Below, piece by piece: positions 63,543 to 64,000 of a stretch of DNA of 64,000 bases. The DNA comes from Leidyana gryllorum EB-2025a (Eukaryota > Protista > Apicomplexa): contig JBLWGC010000051.1 of assembly GCA_048772705.1 (NCBI GenBank), positions 1-64,000 of the forward strand, written 5' to 3'. The position numbers and the translations under genes are program-made. The notes below the pieces were generated by a model that made no database searches, had not been told where the DNA came from, and worked only from the letters and a program-made list of their open reading frames with translations. Position 1 is the stretch's first letter; every line of letters begins with the position of its first letter.

Positions 63543-64000
63543 ATGAAAGTAGCTGTTTTTGGTGCCACTGGAGCAGTCGGGAAAGATGTGGTGAACGGGC
63601 TGATTGAGATTGCCCCCTTCTTCCCCGAGCTGACCGAAATCAAGTTGTTTGGGCGGAGGAAGCCGGCAGCTGTTGACAAGTCGACAGACAAGCTTCAAAT
63701 TCGGTATGAAGAACTTGACTTTGAGAATCGTAAAGTCGTCCAGAGTGACCTGGAGGACTGTGATGCTGTGGTGTGCTGCCTCGGGTCACAGATGACCAAA
63801 TACGGAGTGGAGATGCTAAAGAAAGTTGATCATGACTTTGTGCTCCAGATAGCACAGGTGGTGAAGGATTGCGGCGTTGCGCGATTTCTGCTGTGTTCAT
63901 CGGGCGGTTCAAACGCCAAATCTAAACTCGGCCCCTATCTGCGGATCAAAGGGCAAGCTGAAGACGACTGCAGAGCTCTGAATCTGCCCTTCCTGGGAAT
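63543..64000 (+). CDS. NAD(P)-binding oxidoreductase, HTATIP2/TIP30-like (partial)
   Basis: MKVAVFGATGAVG, DAVVCCLG, KVDHDFV, SSGGSNAKS...YLRIKGQAE; runs off window end. Confidence 0.85.
   Translation, partial: MKVAVFGATGAVGKDVVNGLIEIAPFFPELTEIKLFGRRKPAAVDKSTDKLQIRYEELDFENRKVVQSDLEDCDAVVCCLGSQMTKYGVEMLKKVDHDFVLQIAQVVKDCGVARFLLCSSGGSNAKSKLGPYLRIKGQAEDDCRALNLPFLG

Overview
Gene-dense eukaryotic DNA with short GT-AG introns (mostly about 40-60 nt). It is most likely an apicomplexan of gregarine type, inferred from a Cys-repeat oocyst-wall protein, a PAN/Apple surface protein, Alba, an FHA-RINGv protein and extreme compaction. About 30 protein genes can be assembled by splicing the ORF fragments by eye. 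I found no rRNA, tRNA, CRISPR or transposon. Highlights: (1) an intron-containing MysC-type ATP-grasp ligase of the mycosporine (UV sunscreen) pathway; (2) one gene fusing Dug3 (class II GATase) to Dug2 (WD40 + M20), i.e. the fungal glutathione-degrading complex as one polypeptide; (3) a membrane-anchored PAN/Apple protein punctuated by RRL/RxL motifs, suggesting a processed polyprotein; (4) an intronless bacterial-type D-lactate dehydrogenase; (5) an OS-9-like ER lectin fused to a YccV/HspQ-like domain; (6) intergenic spacers of only 8-28 nt and a probable antisense coding overlap. All family calls come from motif recognition from memory, not database searches, and exon boundaries are manual predictions.
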